Shown: in pieces, positions 24,003-32,973 of the stretch
Layout of the letters: every line of letters begins with the position of its first letter
How positions within the stretch are numbered: position 1 is the stretch's first letter
From: a virus
Taxonomy: Duplodnaviria > Caudoviricetes
IMG/VR virus record: IMGVR_UViG_3300017649_000013
Coordinates: 1 to 32,973 of that record
Length of the DNA: 32,973 nt
Direction: 5' to 3' (one strand)
Made by a program: the position numbers and the translations under genes
Notes under the pieces: model-generated
Told to the model about the DNA's origin: nothing
The model's database searches: none
Seen by the model: the letters and a program-made list of their open reading frames with translations, nothing else

Positions 24003-26414
24003 ATGGCCTTTGGGCAGGAACTCAGAGATTTCGTGGCTGGCTTCAAGACAGGGTATGAGCTTATCGACAGCCCTGAAGAGAAGGAAGAAAAGCGCGCCGA
24101 GCGCAGGCGCAAGCAGGAAAGCCACGAGTTACAGCGCGAGAACTACCAGCGTTCTTGGGATGCGCAAGACTGGCGCAGGAATTTCAGTGAGCGCGATTGG
24201 GAATGGCGCAAGGGCGTCAACGAGCGCGATTTCGCGGCCACCGAAAGGGAGCGCGGCCTAGCACATGGGCGCTGGGAAGAAACCTTTGCAGCCCAAGAGC
24301 GCAAGCGGCTTGAGGACATGCGGCGTGAAACAGGCGTCCTGCCCGAACAGATGGAGGATTACGAACCCATAGACCCTTATGCCATACAGGATGATGAGGG
24401 CGGCGATGAGGTTTCATACAACGCGCAAGCCCTATACCAGCCCGCTTCATACAGCCCGGAAAGCGCCGCCGAGGGAGCGGCGTTCAACCTGCAAAGTTAT
24501 CTTTCCAGCATTCGCTCTGCCGAGAGCGGTGGGAATGATAGGGCTAGAAATCAAAACTCTACGGCAGCGGGCCGGTATCAGTTCCTTGATGGGACGTGGA
24601 ATGATCTTGCGCGGAAGTATCCCAGCTTGGGCCTTACGCCAGATGGCCGCTTCGATCCTGAGCAGCAAGAACGAGCCATACGGCGCTTTACCTATGACAA
24701 TGGGGAAGCCTTGGAGCGTGCAGGTATTCCGGTTACAAACGGCACCATGTATGCTGCTCATTTCCTTGGTTCCGGCGATGCCACCCGTGTTTTGCGCGCG
24801 CCGAGAAATGCCCCTATCGAGCGCCTTGTAAGTCCTAAAGTTATCAAGGCCAACCCATTCCTTCGCGGCATGACGGTTGGCGACTTTGAGCAATGGGCCG
24901 AACGTAAGGCAGGTGGTGGTAGGCGTCCCCGGGCTGCTATCAACGCGGCGCGTGGTGGTCTCGTTGAGCCTGTTGGTGTCCTCCCTGAAGAAGAGGAAGA
25001 GGTGCAGGTCGCCGAGGTCGCCTTGCCGGAAGAAGCCCCGATGCCCACGCCAAGGCCCGAGTATGACGGCGGTATGGAAGGCGATGCGGAAGAGCCTACC
25101 GATGACCCATGGGAGTTGGGCCGTAGGGCGGTGCGCGACGGAATGAAGGTGGCCATGCAGAAGGTCGGTATCGACCAAGAGACGGCCATTGACGATCCGA
25201 ACGCCGCCGAAATCCGCAACCGCTACATCCGAGGCTATGGCGCGGCACCAGAGCAGATGATGCGGCAGGTGATCGACAAGATTGACCCCGAAAGAAAGAT
25301 GTCCCCCGCCGAGCGAAACATGATGGCCATGGGGACGGTGTACCGCTTTTACATGGATAATGGCGAAGTAGAAAAAGCCAAAGAGGCAGCCATGTCCATG
25401 GTGCAGTATTACCGCAGGGCGTCTCAGCAGTTCCTCGCCCTTGGGCAGGCTGCCGCCGAAGAAGGTGACCTCGACAAGGCCGCTATGGCTGCCGTGGCCG
25501 CGTATGCCAACGTCCCTAACGGAAGGGACATGTCGATTGAAAAGGACGACAACGGAAACTTTGTCGTGTCGGTGACCGATGCCAAAACCGGCAAGAGGAT
25601 CAACCGCAAGGTTATGCCACCGCGCGAGTTTGCAGCCGCCGCTATGCAGTTCAACCCGACGACATTTGACGAGGAAATCTTGAACGCTGCTGGGGTTCCG
25701 GCAGAGAAGTTTGACGACCCGTCATTCGAGACGGTCACGACTGCTGGCGATAATGCTAGCATGGCAGTTGAAGAACTTCTTTCTGATAGCCCCCTCAACG
25801 ATGCCCAGAAGACGGCGGTTCGCGATATCGCCGCTGGGGTGTCAGCCGAGAAGACGAACAGGATGGACCCCGAGCAGGCGGTTAGGTTCGTCACGGACCT
25901 TATTGCAATCGACAGCAACCCGACAGAAGACGGGTCGCCCAACCTTGCGCCGGGGTATACGGTAGAGAGTATTCGGGGGAACCCTGATCGCGTCCGTGTA
26001 AAGAAGGGCGAGCAGTCGGTGGTGATGACACGTGGCCAACTCGAAGCTTTGATCGGTGCACGATCGGTTGAAGTTGAAAAGCGAACCACGGCCTTTGAAA
26101 GACAGAAGAAAGACGAGCAAGCAGCGGCTCAGCGCAAAGAAAAAATGCGCCAGTTCCGTGATACGCTCAAGTCCATGCGCCCTGAAGAGAGAGCCATCGA
26201 GGCCATACCAGAGGCGGAAGCTGGCGCACGCATCGGCGCTATGGTGCCAGAAGCACCCGTTCCAGCCATACCCGAAGAGCAGGACGAAGTTCAGCGGCTA
26301 TTGGACCTTCGCGACACTCTTCTGGCGGAAGCGGATGGGGCAAGGCGGTACGCTAAGCGCCTCGAAATGATCGAGGAACGCTTGCGCGAACTTGGCCACC
26401 TCGAAACCCAATAA
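24003..26414 (+). CDS. Internal virion protein with lytic transglycosylase (lysozyme-like) domain
   Basis: AESGG...A.N..STAAGRYQFL.GTW and YAAHFLG.G.A motifs at about 24500-24900. Confidence 0.8.
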   Translation: MAFGQELRDFVAGFKTGYELIDSPEEKEEKRAERRRKQESHELQRENYQRSWDAQDWRRNFSERDWEWRKGVNERDFAATERERGLAHGRWEETFAAQERKRLEDMRRETGVLPEQMEDYEPIDPYAIQDDEGGDEVSYNAQALYQPASYSPESAAEGAAFNLQSYLSSIRSAESGGNDRARNQNSTAAGRYQFLDGTWNDLARKYPSLGLTPDGRFDPEQQERAIRRFTYDNGEALERAGIPVTNGTMYAAHFLGSGDATRVLRAPRNAPIERLVSPKVIKANPFLRGMTVGDFEQWAERKAGGGRRPRAAINAARGGLVEPVGVLPEEEEEVQVAEVALPEEAPMPTPRPEYDGGMEGDAEEPTDDPWELGRRAVRDGMKVAMQKVGIDQETAIDDPNAAEIRNRYIRGYGAAPEQMMRQVIDKIDPERKMSPAERNMMAMGTVYRFYMDNGEVEKAKEAAMSMVQYYRRASQQFLALGQAAAEEGDLDKAAMAAVAAYANVPNGRDMSIEKDDNGNFVVSVTDAKTGKRINRKVMPPREFAAAAMQFNPTTFDEEILNAAGVPAEKFDDPSFETVTTAGDNASMAVEELLSDSPLNDAQKTAVRDIAAGVSAEKTNRMDPEQAVRFVTDLIAIDSNPTEDGSPNLAPGYTVESIRGNPDRVRVKKGEQSVVMTRGQLEALIGARSVEVEKRTTAFERQKKDEQAAAQRKEKMRQFRDTLKSMRPEERAIEAIPEAEAGARIGAMVPEAPVPAIPEEQDEVQRLLDLRDTLLAEADGARRYAKRLEMIEERLRELGHLETQ

Positions 26415-26419
26415 GCCTG

Positions 26420-26448
26420 TTGCCGAAAAATTTGATATGGAGTAGGGT
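26420..26448 (+). promoter_or_regulatory. Possible promoter TTGCCG-N17-TAGGGT overlapping a palindromic box
   Basis: Spacing of 17 nt in the intergenic gap before the giant gene. Weak match to consensus. Confidence 0.3.
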
Positions 26449-26464
26449 TACCACGCAAGGTAAC
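26447..26464. repeat. GTTACC box (N6): GTTACC ACGCAA GGTAAC
   Basis: Consensus copy with an extended stem, upstream of the giant gene. Confidence 0.9.
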
Positions 26465-26495
26465 CCACTCCTTTATTTTATCCTAAGGTAAAAAG

Positions 26496-29400
26496 ATGGC
26501 TGAGCAAGATTGGCTGGAACGGGATTTCTCTAACCCTTACGCCGATCCTGATCCATATGGGGATGGGACAGAACTCTTGGACTACCCCAAGAGCGCGCTT
26601 TCCGGGGCAGCGGCCATAGGCGCTGATCTTGGGGCAACCCTTAGGGCCATAGGGGAGAGCCGGGAAGACCCTGACTATAAGGCAGGGAAAGCGACCGAAG
26701 CACTCGGTTCCTACCTCCAATCACTTTTTGGTGAAGTGGAAGGGGACATCGTTGAGAGCATGTCCCCGGATGCGCAGCGAAGGCTGCAACTCACCGTCAC
26801 TGACCCCGATTTTTGGAGCCTTACCACAATAGCACTGAAGGGAGGCCAGATGGCCCCCCAAATTGCCGCCGCTGTTGTGCCGTCGATGATATTTCCGGGT
26901 GCCATGGCTGCGGCAGCTTCGGCAGCCGCTACAGGTGGTTTGTTCTCAGCAGCGTCCTATGTGGACGATGTTTACGAGATGACCGACGAAATGTCGGACG
27001 CCGAGCTTCAGGAGGAAAGTGCGGCCTACCGTGAAATGCGCGAAAGCGGTATGCCCGAGGAAGATGCTCGCCGGGAATACAACACCCAGCTTATGGGTAT
27101 GCGCCCGTACATGCTCGCTGCCATAGGTGCGGCTACCAATATCTTCGGCCCCGCTGGCCAAGCCGCCCGTGCTATCGGAAGCGACATAGGCGCATCTGTC
27201 CTGTCTGAAGTAGGCGAGGGTGTTATCCGCCGCACTGCTAAGGGGGCAGCGGAAGGCGCTATTTCTGAGACCATCCAGAGCGGCGCGGAAGACGTGTTCG
27301 GTCAGCAGACGGCGGTGGACGCCGGACAGCAGGCCGAAATCAATGCAGGGCAGGTCGTAGCCAACGCCCTGACCGGTGGCGTGCTTGGTGGTGTTCTCGG
27401 CGGCGGAATAAGCTCGATATCTGGCGGTCGCGCTCCCGCAACACAGGACACGTCCTTACCGGCTACCACGTCACCCACGGCCCCAAACCAACCGGGCAAC
27501 GCCACGCCAGCCCCCATGGAGGTAGCCCCTTCGCCTTCCGGTGCCAGCGCCACCCCGGGTGTAAACACAACCGTCCCGTCGCCGACCCGAGCGCCCAACG
27601 AGGTTCCGACCGAGGTAGCGCCGGAAGTGACAACGGCGGAACCTATCCCATCCCCCGTTGCTCCGGCTCCTGCTCCGGCTCCGACCACGACAGTCGTGGA
27701 AGCGGCTGCCCCTGATCCTGCGCAGGCCCAAGCCCTTGCAACAGCATCGCGCCCGGTGGAGACCGCGCCCACTCCCCCGGCCCCGCCTCCTGCCGTCCCT
27801 GCCGCTGCCCCGGTTACCACCGAGGTAACAGCCCCAGAGCCGATTTCAGCGCCACAGACGAGCGTTTCCCCTTCGCCGGTCCCTGACACCCCCCAAGTCC
27901 CTAACGCCACTCCTGAGCCACAGGTGGCCGAAATTGGCCCCATCCAGCAGCCCCCGGCCCCGCGCACAGGCCCGCGTATCCTTGAGGACCGGACATCGCC
28001 GGATTACAGCCAGCAGTGGGCAGAGCGCGTTGACCAGAACTTGCGCCAGTCGGAAGAGCCAGAGCAGGTGGCACCTAGAGGCCGCAATCGCACGGCAGCC
28101 GAGATAGAGGCACGCAACCGTACCCGAGAGGGTGCGGCCATGCTCGCACAAAAATATACCCCGCAAGAGGGTGAAGCCGGTATCTTGTCCAAACGCCCAA
28201 AGGAGGTGCAGCAGGCACGCCAGCTTATCATGGCGCGGGCCAAGGCCATATCGGATGAAGCCGAGGCAATGGGCCTGTCCATCCCCCGTTCCTTCCGTGA
28301 CACGGCGGACGAAAGCCAGCGGTATAACCCCGAAACGCTTCTGGTGATGGAAGCGCGCCGCCTTGCTACCCGGCCCAAGCCGTCGCAGGCGGATTTCGCA
28401 CGTTTCGTGGACCGCGAACTGTCCATCCGTATCGGTGAAGCCGAGCAGGCAGTTGCCGAGCGGCGGGCGGAAGGCGACTTGGCTAACAGGCAGACAACGG
28501 ACGCGCAGATTGACGATCTGACGGACGCGGATGTTCCGGTCGATATGATGGACCCTGAGGCCCAGCTTATCCGCCGTGAAGAGGAAGCGGAGGAAGCCCC
28601 GGCCCCAACGCCCAAGGAAGAGCGTATCCCTGCCCGTGTCCAAGAGGTTCTGGACCGAGCCATGGATAAGACCGTGGCTAGGAAGGCGACCCGTGCACCC
28701 ATCGTAGAGAAGGTCAAGAAGAGGGCGGTAACCCGGGATATCATCGGCGTGAAGCCCGGTGACCGCGTTCGCCCATCAAGCGATGTGGGATACAGCCGCG
28801 CCGGTCAAGAATACGAGGTAACCAACGTCCAGCGAGACGGCACGGTACATGTGAGGTCGAAGACCGGCGAAACTAGCTGGAACGCTGCTGAACTCGTAGG
28901 GGCAAAGCGCCGTGGGGTGCAGTTTGAGAAGGTTACCACGGAGGTAACAAAGCCCGAGGCCCCCGCTGCCAAGATAGAGGAACGTATCGAGGAAGCCCGC
29001 GCCGAGACGAATACGAACCCGACGCCCGCCCAAGCGATTGCCGGGAACTACAAGAAAGGCCGTGCCAACATCCACGGCATGACGATAGCTATCGAGAACC
29101 CCAAGGGGACGGTGCGCTCGAACAAAGACCCGAACGGTCCAAAGTGGAGCGTTAAGCTTCCCGCCGACTACGGCTATATCGAGGGTACGCGCGGCGTGGA
29201 CGGCGACCCCATTGACGTGTATCTGGGTCCATCGCAAGACGCGACCTATGTATATGTCATCGACCAGCTTGATTTGAACACCCGTGCTTTTGACGAGCAC
29301 AAGGTGATGCTGGGCTTCCCCGGCGAGATGGCAGCCATACGCGCCTACGACAAGGCTTTCTCTGACGGTCGCGGTGCAGAGCGTGTCGGCGGCATCCGCA

Positions 29401-32400
29401 AAATGTCCATGGCCGAGTTCAAGAAGTGGGCATTCAGCGGGCCGAAGCAGGAGGCAGAGCTTACCGCTGCCGAGCGCGCCGAGGCTGAGACGCTTCTTAT
29501 GGAAGACGATCTTATGCAGGCCCTTGGGATTGACCCGGTGGTTGACCGGCTCCCGGAGGGCTATGTGGCCGACCCGAATACGGCGGAAGTCGCCCGGGCC
29601 GTGAGCACGCGCAAGGCTTCGGAAATCATATCGAGCCTCAACATCAACCATCTGACCGGTCCAGAGCGTATAATCGCCGGTCAGTCGCGGCGGCTTCTGG
29701 CGCAGATCGCGGGGGATTTGGATGTGCACTTCATCCAACCCCAAGACGTGAGGCGGTTGACCAACGGTATCGATGCACTTGGGTGGTATTCGTACAGGAA
29801 AGGGGCCGATGGTAAGGTTGCCAAGGCGATCTTCCTTCGTGCCGACCTCATGTCGAACCCCGAGCGGATGACGCATGTGGTGCTGCATGAGGCAACGCAC
29901 GCGGCCACGGTGCACGCCATCAACGCTGACCCCGAGTTGCAGAACGACATCGCCTTGCTCATGCGGGAGGTGCGGGCAGAAATCCTAGGCGGCTCCATGG
30001 CTGACGAGGACGCCCGGGCGGTGGCCTACTCACTTACGAATGATAAAGAGTTCATCGCTGAGGCATTCTCCAACCCGCAATTCCAGCAGGCGCTTTCCCG
30101 CATACCAGCGTCCGACCGGGTTGTTAGGACGTTCAGGCTCGACCAACCGTCCCGGCCTAGTATGTGGGCGGCTTTGGTGCAGGCAGTGCGCCGCGCCCTT
30201 GGAATGCCGAAGAACAGCTACTCGCTTCTGGAAGCGGCCATTCGCGTTACCGAGCGATCCATGGCACCGCGCATTGAGGAAGTGTCCAGCGGCACGTCAT
30301 TCCTTGAGGACGGCAACATCAGGAAGCCGGTGAACGACCTCCTGAAGTCCATCACCACGCGGCCTGATCTTCAGCCGACTAGGGGCAGCCCGTGGCTTCT
30401 GGGCCTTCGCACCATGGACCATATTGCCCGTGCGGCTGATCGTTACTTCCGTGGTAACAACCCCGTTCGCCGCATCGCCAACCTTATCGAGCAGCAGCGC
30501 GTTGCCGCCATCCGTGAGTTCGACAAGGCAGCCCCGCTAATCCAGCGGTTGCACGATCTGGAAAAGAAATACAGCGGCAAGACAGGTGCCAACGGTAGAT
30601 CGGAATGGGAGAACTTCACGTCCCTCGTGCATGACGAGACAATGACCGGGGTGTATGCCGACCGGCCCTTGTCCGACCAGAAGCACGTAAGCAAGGAAGG
30701 CTCGCGCGATAGCTGGCAGCGTGCGCAGCATCCAGAACTCGCCGCCCGCTACAACGCCCTGCCGGAAGACCTGAAGGCAGCGCGTAAAGAGGCTATGGAG
30801 TATTTCCGCAACAAGCAGAATGAAGCCTCTTTGAAGCTTATCCGCAACCGCATCCTCACCATGTTCGACGTACCGGACCCGGATGGGCTTGCGCAGCGTA
30901 TCCATGAGGGCACGGCGACCGACGCGGATAAGAAGCTGTTGGGCGATGCATATGACGCTATCGAGGCAGCCGGTGTCCTGTCCAAGATTGAAGGCCCATA
31001 CTTCCCACTCATGCGCCGTGGCAATTGGGTGGTCAAAGGCAAGTATACCATCACACCACCGTCCAACGCCCGCCAGATCGCGGACAACGAGTTCGAGTTT
31101 AAGACGGCCAAGGAAGCATCGGCGTTCGCTGAAAAGCAAATGGGCCGTCCCACCGTCCGCACGGTCTATGTGGACCCGAATACCGGTGACACATTCGGCG
31201 TGGAGAACGGCAAGCAGGTCAAGCTTACCTCGCAAGACGTGAACGCGGAAGCCCGCTATCGTGTGTCGGTGCAGGACCGCCACGTTGAGATGTTCGACAC
31301 GGAAGCCGAGGCGCGGCGCAGGGTTGCCGAGCTTCGCGCTGCCGGGGTGCAGGCCGACGACGCGGTGCCGCGCGCGTTCGAGAACTACGGTATTCAGGGC
31401 GATGCACTGTCTACCCAGATGCGCAGGCTCAATTCTGTCTTGGAGCGCAAGGCAGATGAGCGCAATTTCACGCCGGAACAGAAGCACGATCTTCTGTCGG
31501 CGATGAATGAAATGTCGCTGCATATGCTGGCATCGACCCGCATCCAGACAAGGCGGCTGCCGCGCCAGTATGTGGCCGGTGCGTCTAAGGACTTGGTGCG
31601 CAACACCACCGATTACGCGCATAGCATGGGGAACTATATCTCCAAGCTCGATCACCGGCAGCAGATCGACAAGGCTCTGTTGGAACTGGATGACGCGGTT
31701 AAGGCCAATCCGAGCGATGGGCTTGCGGCAGGGCGCACGGCCATTGCCAACGAGGTGAAGCGCCGTGTTACAACAATGAACCCGGCAACCGAGCATACCC
31801 GGTGGAACGCCTTCAGCAGCCGCCTTCTGGCGGTGTCGTTCATCGACAAGCTCATGTCGCCGTCCTATTCCGTTATCAACGCCACCCAGCCCATGATGAT
31901 TTCGGCACCGTTCCTTGCTGCGAGGTTCGGCGCAGGGCGGGCTTACTCGGCCATGGCCAAGGCATATTCGGACGTAGGTTCCATGCGGGCCATTCGGGAG
32001 GGTTTCCGCTCTACTGCCCAAAAGGCCATGAGCGGTAGTATCGTCCCAACCGATCCGGTACGCATGATCCAAGGTCGGCTGACCAATCCGTCAGAGCGGG
32101 CGTTCATCGACGTGATGGTGGAGCGTGGCATCATCGACACGGACAGCGGCCTTGAAGTGGCCAAGATGTATCAGTCGAACAAGGGCATTATGGGACGGTT
32201 GGATGGTGGCATCGGTTACCTTGAAGGTATCGCCCGCCAAATGCCGAAGACCATAGAAGCAATCAACCGCACCACGGTTGGGCTTGCGGCCTATCGGCTT
32301 GAGCTTGCCCGTTCTGGCGACGTGGCGAAGGCTACCGACTATGCGCAGGACGTGATCAACCAGACGCAATTCAACTACTCGTCTACCAACGCCGCGCCGT

Positions 32401-32973
32401 ACATGAACCATCCGGTCCTGCGGCTGGCCTTGCAATTCAAGAAGTATGGTCAGGGCATGTACCAGCTTCTCGGTGAGCAGGTGGCCTTGGCTGTGCGCAA
32501 CGAGAACCCGGGCGACCGGGCGCGGGCGATCAAGTCCATCAGCTATGTGATCGGGATGCACGCTCTTCTAGCCGGGGCCATGGGGCTGCCGACCGAACCT
32601 ATCAAGCTTGTGGTCACTGCCGCCAACGGCCTTGGCATCACGGATTGGAGTTGGGAAGACGTGCAAGTTGCGCAGCGCGAAGCCTTCGCCGACATGTTCG
32701 GCCAGAAGGTGGGCGAAATCCTGTCCCGGGGCATCACCCGGGCCGTGGGCGTGGACCTGTCCAGCCGCATGGGTCTAGATACCCTCATGGGTCCGTTCGG
32801 CGAACCCCGCTCCAACGAGGCGCAGGACTGGAAAGCCTACATGTGGGATTTCATCTCCGGCGCTCCTGCCGGACTGGTCGCTGATTGGGCCAAGGGCGTA
32901 AATGATTTGGCACAGGGTGACGTGGTTCGGGCGGCAGAGAGACTTATCCCCATCAAAGTCTTTGCCGATAGCG
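26496..32973 (+). CDS. Giant polyvalent virion protein (>2150 aa, truncated by the window): Pro-rich linker, InPase domain, HExxH metallopeptidase, PLxRFG-like domain
   Basis: ATG 26496 (MAEQDWLERDF). In frame with AGNYKKG...IENPKG..RS...W...DYGYI.GT.G.DGD.IDV...FDEHKVMLGF (about 29030-29430), HEATH (29886-29900) followed by EFIAEAFSN, and YFPLMRRG (about 31000-31022). Frame checked at these landmarks only. Confidence 0.88.
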   Translation, partial: MAEQDWLERDFSNPYADPDPYGDGTELLDYPKSALSGAAAIGADLGATLRAIGESREDPDYKAGKATEALGSYLQSLFGEVEGDIVESMSPDAQRRLQLTVTDPDFWSLTTIALKGGQMAPQIAAAVVPSMIFPGAMAAAASAAATGGLFSAASYVDDVYEMTDEMSDAELQEESAAYREMRESGMPEEDARREYNTQLMGMRPYMLAAIGAATNIFGPAGQAARAIGSDIGASVLSEVGEGVIRRTAKGAAEGAISETIQSGAEDVFGQQTAVDAGQQAEINAGQVVANALTGGVLGGVLGGGISSISGGRAPATQDTSLPATTSPTAPNQPGNATPAPMEVAPSPSGASATPGVNTTVPSPTRAPNEVPTEVAPEVTTAEPIPSPVAPAPAPAPTTTVVEAAAPDPAQAQALATASRPVETAPTPPAPPPAVPAAAPVTTEVTAPEPISAPQTSVSPSPVPDTPQVPNATPEPQVAEIGPIQQPPAPRTGPRILEDRTSPDYSQQWAERVDQNLRQSEEPEQVAPRGRNRTAAEIEARNRTREGAAMLAQKYTPQEGEAGILSKRPKEVQQARQLIMARAKAISDEAEAMGLSIPRSFRDTADESQRYNPETLLVMEARRLATRPKPSQADFARFVDRELSIRIGEAEQAVAERRAEGDLANRQTTDAQIDDLTDADVPVDMMDPEAQLIRREEEAEEAPAPTPKEERIPARVQEVLDRAMDKTVARKATRAPIVEKVKKRAVTRDIIGVKPGDRVRPSSDVGYSRAGQEYEVTNVQRDGTVHVRSKTGETSWNAAELVGAKRRGVQFEKVTTEVTKPEAPAAKIEERIEEARAETNTNPTPAQAIAGNYKKGRANIHGMTIAIENPKGTVRSNKDPNGPKWSVKLPADYGYIEGTRGVDGDPIDVYLGPSQDATYVYVIDQLDLNTRAFDEHKVMLGFPGEMAAIRAYDKAFSDGRGAERVGGIRKMSMAEFKKWAFSGPKQEAELTAAERAEAETLLMEDDLMQALGIDPVVDRLPEGYVADPNTAEVARAVSTRKASEIISSLNINHLTGPERIIAGQSRRLLAQIAGDLDVHFIQPQDVRRLTNGIDALGWYSYRKGADGKVAKAIFLRADLMSNPERMTHVVLHEATHAATVHAINADPELQNDIALLMREVRAEILGGSMADEDARAVAYSLTNDKEFIAEAFSNPQFQQALSRIPASDRVVRTFRLDQPSRPSMWAALVQAVRRALGMPKNSYSLLEAAIRVTERSMAPRIEEVSSGTSFLEDGNIRKPVNDLLKSITTRPDLQPTRGSPWLLGLRTMDHIARAADRYFRGNNPVRRIANLIEQQRVAAIREFDKAAPLIQRLHDLEKKYSGKTGANGRSEWENFTSLVHDETMTGVYADRPLSDQKHVSKEGSRDSWQRAQHPELAARYNALPEDLKAARKEAMEYFRNKQNEASLKLIRNRILTMFDVPDPDGLAQRIHEGTATDADKKLLGDAYDAIEAAGVLSKIEGPYFPLMRRGNWVVKGKYTITPPSNARQIADNEFEFKTAKEASAFAEKQMGRPTVRTVYVDPNTGDTFGVENGKQVKLTSQDVNAEARYRVSVQDRHVEMFDTEAEARRRVAELRAAGVQADDAVPRAFENYGIQGDALSTQMRRLNSVLERKADERNFTPEQKHDLLSAMNEMSLHMLASTRIQTRRLPRQYVAGASKDLVRNTTDYAHSMGNYISKLDHRQQIDKALLELDDAVKANPSDGLAAGRTAIANEVKRRVTTMNPATEHTRWNAFSSRLLAVSFIDKLMSPSYSVINATQPMMISAPFLAARFGAGRAYSAMAKAYSDVGSMRAIREGFRSTAQKAMSGSIVPTDPVRMIQGRLTNPSERAFIDVMVERGIIDTDSGLEVAKMYQSNKGIMGRLDGGIGYLEGIARQMPKTIEAINRTTVGLAAYRLELARSGDVAKATDYAQDVINQTQFNYSSTNAAPYMNHPVLRLALQFKKYGQGMYQLLGEQVALAVRNENPGDRARAIKSISYVIGMHALLAGAMGLPTEPIKLVVTAANGLGITDWSWEDVQVAQREAFADMFGQKVGEILSRGITRAVGVDLSSRMGLDTLMGPFGEPRSNEAQDWKAYMWDFISGAPAGLVADWAKGVNDLAQGDVVRAAERLIPIKVFADS
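27813..27829. repeat. GTTACC box (N5): GTTACC ACCGA GGTAAC
   Basis: Perfect arms, intragenic (VTTEVT). Confidence 0.85.
28932..28948. repeat. GTTACC box (N5): GTTACC ACGGA GGTAAC
   Basis: Perfect arms, intragenic (VTTEVT). Confidence 0.85.
30442..30458. repeat. GTTACC box (N5): GTTACT TCCGT GGTAAC
   Basis: One mismatch, intragenic (RYFRGN). Confidence 0.65.

Noticed and set aside
223-30458. GTTACC box as a LexA box or parS site
   Set aside because: It does not match the alphaproteobacterial LexA direct repeat (GTTC-N7-GTTC), the E. coli-type CTGT-N8-ACAG, or parS (TGTTTCACGTGAAACA).
26478-32884. Many long minus-strand and off-frame ORFs (for example 30537..32072 and 28776..29915)
   Set aside because: Shadow ORFs of the GC-rich giant plus-strand gene, with no recognisable motifs.
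1-32973. tRNA, rRNA, integrase, transposase or reverse transcriptase/DGR
   Set aside because: No such motifs recognised by eye. A tRNAscan or HMM run would be needed to exclude them formally.

Overview
This window is part of a tailed dsDNA phage genome with podovirus-like architecture; the host is probably alphaproteobacterial (inference). The left part (1-3800) holds small leftward genes, including a protein with three HTH repeats, and two long structured non-coding regions (about 1400-2320 and 3800-4700). A G-tract and a strong sigma70-type promoter mark the strand switch at about 4480-4690, followed by small rightward accessory genes (4729-7399). The terminase large and small genes sit on the minus strand, divergent from the portal. 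A rightward morphogenesis block follows: portal, scaffold, major capsid, adaptors, tail fibre and chaperone, a GH19 endolysin with C-terminal membrane anchors, overlapping spanins, tail nozzle, GNAT, ejection proteins, and a >2150-aa polyvalent protein (InPase, HExxH peptidase, PLxRFG-like) that is missing from the ORF track because it runs off the window. The most striking unexplained signal is a palindrome, GTTACC-N5/6-GGTAAC, found about 23 times along the whole window, at gene junctions and inside genes. A related 38-bp palindromic repeat (4 copies) lies upstream of the triple-HTH gene, whose own start codon sits inside one of the boxes. All product calls come from motif recognition and gene order, not database searches.
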